From Callorhinchus milii (lineage: Eukaryota): 64,000 nucleotides of DNA. The stretch lies in NCBI RefSeq assembly GCF_018977255.1, contig NW_024704742.1, forward strand, positions 6,326,001-6,390,000, written 5' to 3'. Positions 24,091 to 35,330 of this stretch are shown here, in pieces (within the stretch, counting starts at the first letter, position 1; each line of letters begins with the position of its first letter). A program made the translations under genes and the position numbers. The notes below the pieces were generated by a model. The model was not told where the DNA came from. It ran no database searches and was given only the letters and a program-made list of their open reading frames with translations.

Positions 24091-24809
24091 CTATGAAAAT
24101 AATCATCTTGTTATTAAATTGTTTCAGCAAATATTTTGTTATATTTTTCATGGATATGTGGAGTTTACATGGGAGGCTAAGAACATTTTTATATCAAACA
24201 AAAGGAAAGAAATTACATCTGGACTGTGCTAATTATCACTTGTGAATGCGATCACGTTGCATTACTTCCTCCCTTGTTTCTATTGTAACCCAGTATTCTA
24301 GTTAGAAAAAAAATCATTGTGTAAAGGTAATAAGAGGTTAGATTTTTCTTATCTTCTAGTTCGTACAGCTGCAGCAGATAACATGGCAGCTATCATACTA
24401 CTCAGGGGGCCTTTGGTGGTGTCTGGGTTCATTCAATATTCTGGCGTTAACCAGAACAGAGCTTTTTGTCAAATATTTTATATATTTCACAAATATTTTA
24501 CCAGCTCCCTGGTATGTCCAGATATTTCCTTTACTGGCATTTAAAGCACTGTCATATAATACTTATAATATGGTCATGTAGCATCAGCACTGTCAACTCC
24601 ACATGATGTTTAAAGTTGATTTGACTAACTTAAAGGGGGAGCCTCGCCTTCAAGGATGCTATTGAAAATCAATCAACTAATAATAGCAATAGCATTAGCA
24701 CTTAACACTTTAACACCTCAAAACGCAATGAGCTGCTTTGAGTTGTCCCTTAATTCTTTAGTTCTTTCTCCTCCTTTGAACCCCTCACTTGTTGCCATTC
24801 CTCTCTCTA

Positions 24810-25245
24810 CAGAGTTGGTAGTGCTCTTGCCTTCGAATCAGAAGGTTGGGGGTTTAAGGCCCAGTGGGGACTTGAAACTCACATCGTCTTAGCTAAGCTT
24901 TGAGCTAAGCTAGTCTAGGCTGGCACTCCAATGCAGTTCTGGGAGAGCGTGCATACTTTGGATGAGGCGTTAAACTGAGGTATCATCTCTTCAGGTGTAC
25001 GTTAAAGATCCCATGGTATTCATGGTATTGTACAAAAAGAAAAGGGAATTTGTCCTGGTTCCTGGACAACAATCCTCCAGATAAAATGAGTCATTAAATT
25101 CACCGATATTTGTGTAACATTGCTGTTTATAAATTGCCTGCTGTGTTTGCCTACAAGTGAAGTCACTACACTTTACAGTAAATCTTGCGAAATGCTTTGA
25201 GATGTCCTCCCTGTGTAAATGGTCCTATATTAACTGCAAGGATTT
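24810..25245 (+). mobile_element. Near full-length old Deu-domain SINE
   Basis: gttggtagtgctcttgccttcgaatcagaaggttg head; tagtctaggctggcactccaatgcag...ttggatgaggcgttaaactgagg...ttcaggtgtacgttaaagatcccatgg Deu core. Confidence 0.85.
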
Positions 25246-25277
25246 TTTAAAATTTTATTAGAAGGAAGTGAGTCCCC

Positions 25278-25485
25278 GTCCTGATGGATCAGCCGATGAA
25301 TGTAGAAATGGTATGGTATTGAGCCACACAGACAAGGAAGATCACTGGTCTGAGTTCGGGTAGCTAATTCACCTTTGCAGCAGCAAGGATACTAAACATG
25401 GCTTCAAAATGATCTGGGCTGATAAAGTGCAAAAATAAGCAGGTGGCGTTCCTACCCATATCTGGTGACCTTTTGAGGAAAACAC
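25278..25485 (+). mobile_element. Ancient SINE-like repeat (third family)
   Basis: ggtatggtattgagccacacagacaaggaag is related to the minus-strand copy at 45420-45682; family name not established. Confidence 0.45.
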
Positions 25486-25509
25486 AGTTGATAATAATGA
25501 TAATATTGT

Positions 25510-26003
25510 AATAATAATAATAATCCTTACATTAGCACCTTTCATGTCAGAAGGACGTCCTAAAGTGTTTCACAAGATATACAACAACAACAACAACTTG
25601 TGTTTATATAACATCCTTCATGTGGGGTAGAGTCCCGGATACATTGTAAATGGTGTGACTGTGTCTTTTGTGGCCAAACATGCCAGCCATGTTATGCACA
25701 GTAATATCCCACAAACAGTCATGAAGTGAGTGACCAATTTTATGGAGGGATTGTTTGTTGGCCAGGACACCAGGAGAAACTCTCTTCTCTTTCTTTCGAA
25801 TGGTGCCATTGGACCTTTAACATCCACCTGAACAGGCAGACGAGGCCTCGGTTTAACATCTGCTCTGAAGGACGGTTCCTCCAACTATGGAGTGTCATTG
25901 GAGAATCCACCTAGAATATATCAGTTCCAAGGGCCGATATGGGATTTGAACGTACAACCTTCTGACTCAGATGTAAGAGTGTTAATAACTGAGTCAGTCT
26001 GAC
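25510..26003 (-). mobile_element. Old Deu-domain SINE with nested L2 tail
   Basis: ctttaacatccacctgaacaggcagacgaggcctcggtttaacatc; head caaccttctgactcag...ctgagtcagtctgac; (CAA)n L2 tail at 25581. Confidence 0.85.
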
Positions 26004-26786
26004 GTACAGATGTTGGGTGAGAACAGGGCCTAGTTCCCCAGCAATACCAGCCTCCACCAGGATGAATGTTCTGATAACAATCATCTCACACGTGCGGACT
26101 CAATACCTGGGCCACGGATCTGGCAGATGTACAAGCTATGGAATCTTGTTTGAAGAAGAAATACGTTGTATAAAACCTACAGATGTCGTGTGTTTCAACA
26201 TCACTACTTTTCTTCTCTAAGTCACTTCATGGTAAACTCAGAGCAGTGTATCAAGTAGCACAAATTCAGCTGGTCATGATTTAATAACTTTACGAATATT
26301 TTTTCTCTTTTCTATTGAAGTAAGCGAGGAACGTAAAATATTCAAGAAAACATTCAGACAATGTAACTGGAAGAGTTTAACCTAAAGGTGCACTGGTAAA
26401 AACATAAACCTTATAATTGAGGAAATATGTTGATGGTTCGATCACTTCCCGACATAGGATTTTCAACGGCTTTGATGATATACGGCATAGATCACTCTAT
26501 AGGTCTAAGGAGAATGAACCTTTGGGTTGTTATTCATAGCAGAGTTGTTGCAAACAATAATTTGCAGAAGTCAATTATTCTCTGTGATAATACTAAAAAT
26601 CCTTAGATTTGATGTAGAACCTTTTCACATCAATGGGATGTCTCCAAGTGCTTTATGGGATATAATGCATAGTGTAGTGACTATGCAATTTGTGAGTAAA
26701 AGCAGCAGCTAATTTGTTTAGTTAATCCTGTGAAGTGCTTCAAGACATCATGTCAAAGTTAAAGGTATTGCATCAAATTTAAGGAT

Positions 26787-26890
26787 CCTTCCTTCCTTCC
26801 TTCCTTCCTTCCTTCCTTCCTTCCTTCCTTCCTTCCTTCCTTCCTTCCTTCCTTCCTTCCTTCCTTCCTTCCTTCCTTCCTTCCTTCCTC
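26787..26890. repeat. (CCTT)n microsatellite followed by CT-rich tract
   Basis: Perfect tetranucleotide array. Confidence 0.97.
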
Positions 26891-27273
26891 CCACACTTCC
26901 TCCCTCCCTCCCTCTTCCCTCTGTTCCTCTATTCTTTCCTTCCTCCCTTTCTTTCTGAGTCTCTCTCACTCTGACTCTTTCACTGATTCTCTCACTCTCT
27001 CTAATTTTATATCTCTGTCTGTCTCATTGACTTTCTCTCTCACCACCTCTGCCTTCGATTCTCTCCCTGTGTCTAACCCTACACTACGCCTGTAACTAAA
27101 TACTGAGTAAATGTACTTTCCTCACATTGTCAGATCACAATCACAGTATGTAGGAAAAATTGTGTTCCTAGGAACGTTGTACACATATGCACAACTAAAA
27201 TTTTATGCTGGCTTCACACTTGCAGTAGAGCCCAACAAAAGCAGATTTGCAGATAATCATCATGTGGATACGT

Positions 27274-27643
27274 GGCAGGACCTGTAGCTTAATGGTTAGA
27301 CCATTCGACTCACAAGCGAGATTGATTCCCGGGCCAGGGGAAACCTTCCGCAAGTTTCCTTACTCCATACACACGCCTCTGTTCACCTAGGAGTAAGTAG
27401 GGACCCGTTTGTTATTCGATTGGCAGATTGCTCTCTGGGGGTAAATATCCCTTAAAAAAATAATAATAATTTGGTCGCTCAATCCATGACTGTTTGTGGG
27501 ACACTGATGTGTGCAATTGGTTGCCACATTTCACCCCCAATCACATAGTCACTATACTTTACAGTATATCCTGTGAATCGCTTTGAGACGTCTCAATGAC
27601 CTGATGAGGCGCTGTATCAAATGCGAGGATCATTTATTATTAT
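27274..27643 (+). mobile_element. Full-length young SINE (long form), diverged
   Basis: Head, CORE-like segment and tail all recognisable. Confidence 0.88.
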
Positions 27644-28222
27644 TGTGACAATTTATATTGTGTTTCCAGGTTCGACACTGGGTCTAAAATGTGGTAGTTC
27701 CCAAAGGCATTCCAAAATAGGACTCTGAGTCACAACAACCAGTGGTAGTTCAGAATAGAGAGAACTATATTCCAGAGTTGGATCACTTTGGAGTGAAACG
27801 TGTTTCCCATTTTGTTTCATTTTTCCTTTCTTGTTCAGTGCTTCTGTTTGTGATTAACTGGTCACTTAATAACCGCTCACAGAAAACTATTCCAACCTAA
27901 CATTGAGTAATGTAGGTTCAAAATGTGAACAAAGGTAACAATGTCAAGCTCATTACTGTCACACTGTTTGCGTAGAAATATAGCAGATTCAGTAGTGATT
28001 GGTGAGTGTGTGAGTTCAAGGTTGATGTCTCAACTGGTGCGTCAATTTAACATCTATTGAGGAGTGACCTTGTTTCCTCTGCCTCCCACCCTCTCGCACA
28101 ACCCCACAAATTTTAAAACAATTCTCTAGAGTAAAGTCACAAACAGATCACAGCTTCAGCTGCAGTAGTTCTGGGAGTAGATTACTTTAAGCAAAAGCCT
28201 TCTGTGATCGATCAGAGGATTG

Positions 28223-28606
28223 TAATAATGATAATAATCCTTACATTTGATACAGCGCCTTATCACGTCTTCGAGACGTCTCAAAGTGTTTCACAGAATA
28301 TACTGTAAAGTGAATTGACTGCATTTTGTGAGCTAAATGCGGCAGCTGATTGCGCACAGCAGCGTCCCACAATTAATCGTGGATTGAGCTACCAAATTAT
28401 TATTATTATTATTTTTGTGAAGGGTTTATTCCCCCTGGAAAAACGATCCACCAATGGACTAACAACCCGGATCCTAATTACTGGTAGTTGAACAAAGGCG
28501 TGCGGAGAAAGGAAACTTGCCCAACATTCTGCCCTGCCCGGGTATCAAACCCAGATCCTCTCACTTGTGAGGCGAGCACTCTAACCACAAAAAACTACAG
28601 GACTCC
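28223..28606 (-). mobile_element. Full-length young SINE (long form)
   Basis: (AAT)n tail through to ...gagcactctaaccac...ctacaggactcc. Confidence 0.9.
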
Positions 28607-29531
28607 ATCCACTAAGCTACAGGATTGAACCACACTGGGCGATTTCATATTTCACAAATGCCTGTCATTCACAGCGACACAGGTGGGCACTCAGCAATAC
28701 AAAAACAATACGTACAGTATAAAATAATCTTTGTAACAACACGTTTTACATCAGGAGGACATCTCAAAATTATTTAAGGCACACGCTGTAAATTGTGCTG
28801 GGCCAACAGAAACGTCCCACAAACAGCTATGAATATATGGTCCCATGGATGTTTAACATGCACTTTAACAGACAAATGGAACCTCTGTGTAATATCACGA
28901 CCAAAGGATGATATCACCAACAATGCAGCACTCTCCTGAGGAAACCTCCTGCCAGTCCCTCACGGCAAGTTAGCAAAAGTCCAGAATCTCTAGCAATGAT
29001 TTGAAATTTGCACTAATTTGCCCAAGTAGCAGAGTAGCATCTGATCTGAATCAAATTTGGACCACCTATTTGATCCAAATTGGCCTTTACAGGTCTAATT
29101 TACAAATATCCAAATTCTGTCCAATTTGGACTGATTTGACCTCAGACTGACTTTTCTTTTAAAGCATGAATGTAATGTTCTGAAGTTCTGTTTTTGCAAA
29201 GTATCATCTGAATGAGCAGTGGAACAATTGCTGGGTAAAGATGGGCCAAATGGCTTTCTCCTGTGTCTGTGTTGCTAGTACCCCACAGTGCTACAGAACA
29301 GGTGCTACAAGTGATCCATTCCACAGCAAGAGAAAAAGAAATAAGGTGTTGTTTTACAATACAATACAAATTTACATTTATATGGTGTGTTACGCATTGG
29401 AAGGATGTCTGGATTACTCCACTCATTAAGTCAAATTGCTGGCCCAACTTTTCCTCCGTTGGTATCATTCATTTATCACTTGCCTTCCCCTTTCCTCTCT
29501 ATCTGAAGCTTTACAAGCTTCCACAGCATAG

Positions 29532-29853
29532 AAAGTCCTGTAGCCCAGTGGTTAGAGCACTCGCTTTGCAAGTGAGAGACCTGAGTTCAATTCCAGGCAG
29601 AGGGCGAAACCTTGGGCAAGTTTCCTTACTCCACACAGAGCCTAATAATAATCCCTCCAAAACAAAAAACAATAATAAATTGGTCATTTTCAATCCACGA
29701 CTGTTTGTGGGACATTGCTGTGTGCAATTGGCTGCCGCGTTCGCCCACAAATATAAAGTCAATTCACTTTACAGTATATTCTGTGAAGCGCTTTGGGACG
29801 TCTAGAAGATGTGAAAAGCACTATATCAAATGCAAGGATTATTATTATTATTA
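29532..29853 (+). mobile_element. Full-length young SINE (short form)
   Basis: Near-identical to 30835-31160 and 63696-64000. Confidence 0.93.
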
Positions 29854-30552
29854 TAAATTGATTTGGGTGAAATGTAAGAATGCGTGGAATGAGAAAATAT
29901 AATTTGCCCCATTAAATGCGCTACCTTCATAAACCATGTGCAACCCATATGGATTCACTCTACAAAGGAAAGCTTCTGCATGATGTTAAGAGTTGTTTAA
30001 CAGAACTCCACAATCTCTATCTAATTTAATATCTTATGCTATTCACCATATCTCTTTCTTTCTGTGATCTTACTAAGGGCTCACCAGCTAAGAAATTGTC
30101 ATTCATCGCAACCTTTGCTATTGCTACTCCTATTCTCAAGGTCTCATAATCAAAGCTGAATATACGTACAGCTTTTTCTTTGAAGGTTTGAAGCAACATT
30201 ACAATAACTCGTTGTGTTGGCATTGACAATCCTATTACGTTCTGAAATTCAGAACCTAGGTGAAGGGCCAGGAGATATCCTGAGATGAAAAGAGAAGTAG
30301 GGAAAAAAGGTCATTTCAAGACATAGTTAGATGACACCAAACTTAAGCATTGAAAACACATGAAGAAGGGAAGGCTGAGGGAGATGAGATGTTGGGCAGT
30401 ATGGAACATTAAGAAATAATGGGTTATATTAGAGGATACTGTTATGAGTTTTGTGTGATACAGTAATAATAAGAATCCTTGCATTTGATATAGCACATTC
30501 TCATGTCTTCGAGACATCTCAAAGCGCTTCACAGAATATACCGTAAAGTGAA

Positions 30553-30671
30553 ACAGAAACAGAGATCGCTGGGATCACTCAGCAGGTCAGGCAGCATCAA
30601 TGGAGAAAAGAAAGTTGTCAACATTTCGTGTCCATGACTCAGATTTCCAGCGTCTGCAGTATTTTGCGTTT
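30553..30671. mobile_element. Penelope-like pLTR fragment (inverted plus direct piece)
   Basis: gctgggatcactcagcaggtcaggcagcatc...gtcaacatttcgtgtcc then cagatttccagcgtctgcagtattttgc; homologous to 55660-55785 and 63401-63502; flanked by a 16-bp duplication. Confidence 0.8.
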
Positions 30672-30834
30672 TATACTGTAAAATGAATTGACTATATATT
30701 TTGTGGGTGAAATGTGGCAGACAATTGCGCAAAGCAATGTCCCACAAACAGTCGTGGATTGAGTAACCAAATTTTTATTATTTTTTGAAGGGATTATTAC
30801 CTATAGTTAGCAATCCGCGGATTTTGATCTTGGT

Positions 30835-31160
30835 GGAGTCCTGTAGCTCAAAGGTTAGAGCACTCGCTTTGCAAGCGAGAGACCTGAGTTCAATTCCAGG
30901 CAGAGGGCGAAACCTTGGGCAAGTTTCCTTACTCCACACAGAGCCTAATAATAATCCCTCCAAAAAAACAAAACAATAATAAATTGGTCATTTTCAATCC
31001 ACGACTGTTTGTGGGACATTGCTGTGCGCAATTGGCTGCCGCGTTCGCCCACAAATATACAGTCAATTCACATTACAGTGTGTTCTGTGAAGCGCTTTGG
31101 GACGTCCTCCCGACATGAAAAACGCTATATCAAATGCAAGGATTAATATTATTATTATTA
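30835..31160 (+). mobile_element. Full-length young SINE (short form)
   Basis: ggagtcctgtagctcaaaggttagagcactcgctttgcaagcgagagacctgagttcaattcc...(ATT)n. Confidence 0.93.
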
Positions 31161-31859
31161 TCATTAATTGACTAACAACTGGGATCCTATATACTGTTAG
31201 ATAAACAGAGGCGCGTGGAGTAAGGAAACGTGCCCAACATTTTGCCCTCCCAGGAATCAAACTCAGATCCTCTCGCTTGCGAAGCTAATGCCCTAACCAC
31301 TAAGCTGCAGGACTCCACTAAACCATTAAACTACACGCATCCTACAGTTATGTACTCAATGTAGAGGAGAGATAGTGGGAATCTTTTTAACCACTGTTCT
31401 TCCTTTAGGTTTATTAGTTTAGTTCTCATGTGGTTTTGTTCAGCGCTGACAGTTCCAAGTTGAATAACACACTTTCATCCATGTTATCCATTGTCTCATC
31501 TTTCCTCTTTATCTTCTTTTATGAATTCAACACAATTTAATCTTTGTTCTAAGGGGGTGGAATTATGCTGGTCACTGAATTTGCCAACCTAAGTGGTGTG
31601 CACTTGAAACTTGATCTCCGCATGATAAGTGCACACATCCTACAATAAACAGTGAGAGCTCACTCTGAAGTCTCATAAGCTATCTTCCCACTGTTCTCCA
31701 TTCTCCAGTAAATTAATTTCCTTTTGATGGTACAAAGATGTAGTGTCCTGCCGGCACTACAATTTCTCTATAATTCTGCTTTTGTACTTATTCTTTTAAG
31801 TTGCAGATATAGCGTAACTCCACTACCACTAGAGTGGAGTTACCTCTTATAAACTCTCT

Positions 31860-32080
31860 CCCTCAATCTTGCCCTCTCACTCCCCATCTTCAAATCCTGC
31901 CTAAAGACCTTTTATTTTTTGATCTTTTATTTTTGATCTTGCTTATGGTCATCTCCCCCACTCCCACTCTGCCTGGCTCGCTGTCAGACTCCCCCCACTG
32001 TGAAGCGCTCCGGGACACTGCCCCGCGTGAGGGGGGGAGGTGGTGGGTGGGCTATCTAAATGCAAGTTGTTGTAGTTGTT
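31860..32080 (+). mobile_element. L2 LINE 3' end
   Basis: ctgtgaagcgctccgggacac...aaatgcaagttgttgtagttgttg tail. Confidence 0.72.
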
Positions 32081-32084
32081 GCAT

Positions 32085-32386
32085 TACACTGCGGGTCCGA
32101 TTATAGCCCGGCTATCCTGAAACTGGCATTCTCTGACTTCCAGGACATCAGGTCACCATCAACGTCACTTCCTTTGCGCTGCGTACGTTCAATGTGCGCA
32201 AAGCGGCAGCGACGCTGAAACGAACGATATTTAGTGCAGGAAGCTGGCCGGTTTTCTGAGCGCTTGCTCAGTGACATTGGTGGTTCCGATAGTGGAAGGC
32301 TGACAGACTGGTGATCACCCTCTGTAATACGGCTGGCTGGGTTTTTATGGAACCCCAATAACCACTTAATAACACGGCTCCACTGT
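32085..32386. mobile_element. Possible Tc1/mariner (Tigger-like) non-autonomous relic
   Basis: Right end ...cacggctccactgTA (TA+CAGTGGAGCC); CpG-rich interior with small palindromes; left end poorly matched. Confidence 0.35.
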
Positions 32387-33367
32387 ATCTCCATCATACG
32401 GATTTCTCAATCTTTTACCACAATGAGATATAACCTTTTATTAAAATGTAATCTTCCTTATTTGAGTTTCAGAGGCAAGGAAATTCTACCACATCTTAGC
32501 CAGCGAGATCGTTTTTTCTTAAAGTTTTAAGATGTGTGGAAATTTCTCAAAGTCAGTCTTGAAAAGAGAAGTTTCTTTCTTCTTAAGAACTGTAGAAAAA
32601 AAAACAGCTTCCCAGGTAGGTAAGATTGAATTCAAGAATTTTCCCGCAATTCTGCACGAGATTAATTGTGGCCGAACAAAAGTTACCTTCAAGAAAAACA
32701 GAGGGCTTTTCATAGCAATGATTGTCAATTGAGTCACAGTAAACATACTTTAATCCCATTCAAATAATATCCACAGCACTGAGCCTGCTGTTCCGCTATG
32801 AAGCAGAATCCCACCTAAAAGCCTCCCTTTTTGATTGTGCTTATGGTCACTTCCACCCTCCCTCGCCCCCTGGCCCGGTGTCAAGCACTCCGGGACGTTA
32901 CCCCATTTGAAGGGCGCTCCATAAATGCAGGTTGTTGGCACAAACCTGGTTCTAGGCTATCACCGACATTTGCTGAGTTCTGTGTCTGTTAGTGTCTGAG
33001 TTTATTGACAAGGTCTTAATCATCCTTCCCTGATACTCAGTTTGCCTTCCTCGACAATTATGGCAGCACAAAAAAAAAGCCTATTGTGCCTGTACTGGTC
33101 CTCGTTCCTCCCTGAGCTAAACCCACTCTAATTCCACGCCTCTTTCCACATACACTTCAACATAACGTTTTCCTCATGTATTTGTCCAATTGTATTTTAA
33201 ATCTGGTAGACCTGATTTCAAAAGGTTTAAGATGTTGAAAATTCACAGCCTGAATTCCCCCACCCCTTCCTCCCCCTCCATGCTTTGCACCCTCACTCTC
33301 TCACACCCTCCTTACTTCGCACTCTCCCTCCCTCCCTTTCTCACTCTCACTCAATGACTCCCAACTG

Positions 33368-33724
33368 TGCAGTCCTGCAGCTCAGTGGTTAGAGCACTCG
33401 CCTTGCAAGCGACAAACCTGGGTTTGATTCCCGGCAGGTCAAAATGTTGGGCAAGTTTCCTTACTCCACACGCCTCTGTTTACCTTGCAGTAAGTAGGAA
33501 CCCGGTTGTTAGTCGATTGGTGGATCGCTTTTCTAGGGGTAATAATTCCTTCAAAACAAAATTTGGTCACTCAACCCACGACTGTTTGTGGGACACTCCT
33601 GTCCCGTTTCGCCCAAAAAATATACGGTCAATTCACTTTAAAGTCTATTCTGTGAAGCGCTTTGACACGTCTCAAAGACATGATAAGGCGCTATATCAAA
33701 TGCAAGGATTATTATTATTATTAC
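33368..33724 (+). mobile_element. Full-length young SINE (long form)
   Basis: agtcctgcagctcagtggttagagcactcgccttgcaagcg...(ATT)n. Confidence 0.92.
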
Positions 33725-34414
33725 TCATTGGACGGATCAAATAGGCTGGAAAACCTGTCTCACCGTCCCACTAATCTGGAAATTAAATGGGATAGAGAAT
33801 CTCTAATATTGGAAATAAATAAACTTTAAAAAATTCTTCCCAATGAATAAAAGTACAAATATTTTCATACCATTTCACTCTGGGTCCAGACTGCTTCCGT
33901 TTGAAATATGTATTTGCCATTAGGGATTTTTAAAAAAAATTAAACTCAAATAAAAGAAAATATTATTTTATTGATATTGGAGAGTATTTTCTAAATTTGT
34001 TTGCATTACGTTGCTTAAAATAATCCTTCACTTCCTCACTTGCCGTAACGACTGATAGAGAATTGGGAATAAGACGGTCCTAGGGGTCGTATCTGCAATG
34101 GCTTACAGGAAGCAAGGGACGTTTTATTATAAAGAAGCATAAAAAGGTATAACAATGACACAACTAAAACATTACATTTTCCGATTTTATTTTATTTTTC
34201 CACAAATGTCAGATCAAAAGCCAAGCAAGTGATCATTTGATGGTGTGAGTTGGTGGTAAAGAGGCATTTACTAGCATCGATCATTATTTTTATTCTTGTT
34301 GAAAAAAGCTGGCACCAAAAACAAAACCAAGGATTATCATAATGCCCGCAAGGTGATGGCTAACGAAGAGAACAGCACTGCGACAACAAGGTTTGCTAAG
34401 TTTGGATGAAATAC

Positions 34415-35330
34415 AACAACAACAAATTACACTTGCATAGCACCCTTCACATCGAAAACCGTCCCAAGATGTTGAAATAAGGACCTCAAGAGGTTCAAGC
34501 CCCTCAGCTCCTCCTGTGTTGTCGTTGGAGAGTCCTTCATTCCAATTGAAGAGTTTGAAGAGATAGGAGGCAACTACTCTGACTCATTGGTTGAGTCTGC
34601 AGAACATCATTAGGACTTGGAGCTAAGGGGCCACATTAAAGCAAGTGAAATGTCGCTCCATACTTTAGCACCAATAATCCAGCTTGCATCATGAATTATT
34701 AACGGAGGGCTGGGGAGGAAGGACGGTGATCGAAGGCATGGTCGAAGAGGAGGGTCTTGAGACGGGTCTTGAAGGAGGCAAGGGAGGGTGGCGAGGTGGA
34801 GTGGATTGCGGGATGGAGTTCCAGAGGGTGAGGGCAGAGTGGCTGAAGGCCTGCCCGGCAATATATAACTGTATATAAACTCGTTTTCACAAACGAACTA
34901 AACAGTGACAACAACAGCAATTTACATTGCTATGTAACATCTTTGATGTTGGCAGAATGTCTCCAAGCACTTTACGAAGACTGAGCAGGAGCCTGAGCTG
35001 GGAAAGAGCCAGAGGAATGAGGGGAGAAGGGGAAAGTGTCCTAAAGCTCAGACAAAGAGGTAGGTCTTCACCTGGGATTTGAACAGAGAGAGGGAAGGAG
35101 TAAAGTGGAAGCATTCTCTCAAAGGGTTCCCGAGGAAGGGGACAAAGTGGCTGAAGGCTCACTCACTGATGGTGGGACAGAGTGGGCAAGAGCATAAAGT
35201 AAGTTGAAGGAGTGGAGGGAATGGTGGGGGGAGTAGGGTCACAGGAGAACATGGAAATAGGGTGTGGGATAAGGTCATAGGACGTTTGAAAGTATGAATG
35301 AGAATATTAAAATTGATCTGCGGGGGATAA
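34415..35330 (-). mobile_element. Two L2 LINE 3' fragments
   Basis: (CAA)n tails at ~34415 and ~34910; minus ORF PPSLASFKTRLKTLLFDHAF. Confidence 0.8.

Larger units (their letters stand above)
30464..31317 (-). mobile_element. Young SINE (long form) interrupted by a Penelope-like fragment and a second SINE
   Basis: Tail at 30464, body resumes at 30672 and again at 31161, head ends at ggactcc 31316. Confidence 0.85.

Noticed and set aside
24630..24753. Possible Kolobok-type element (TTAAAGGGG...CCCTTAA)
   Set aside because: Terminal match too short and degenerate
29263..29902. Recurrent ORF family (e.g. SCSSVVRALALQ...; MGKFPYST...)
   Set aside because: Translations of SINE copies
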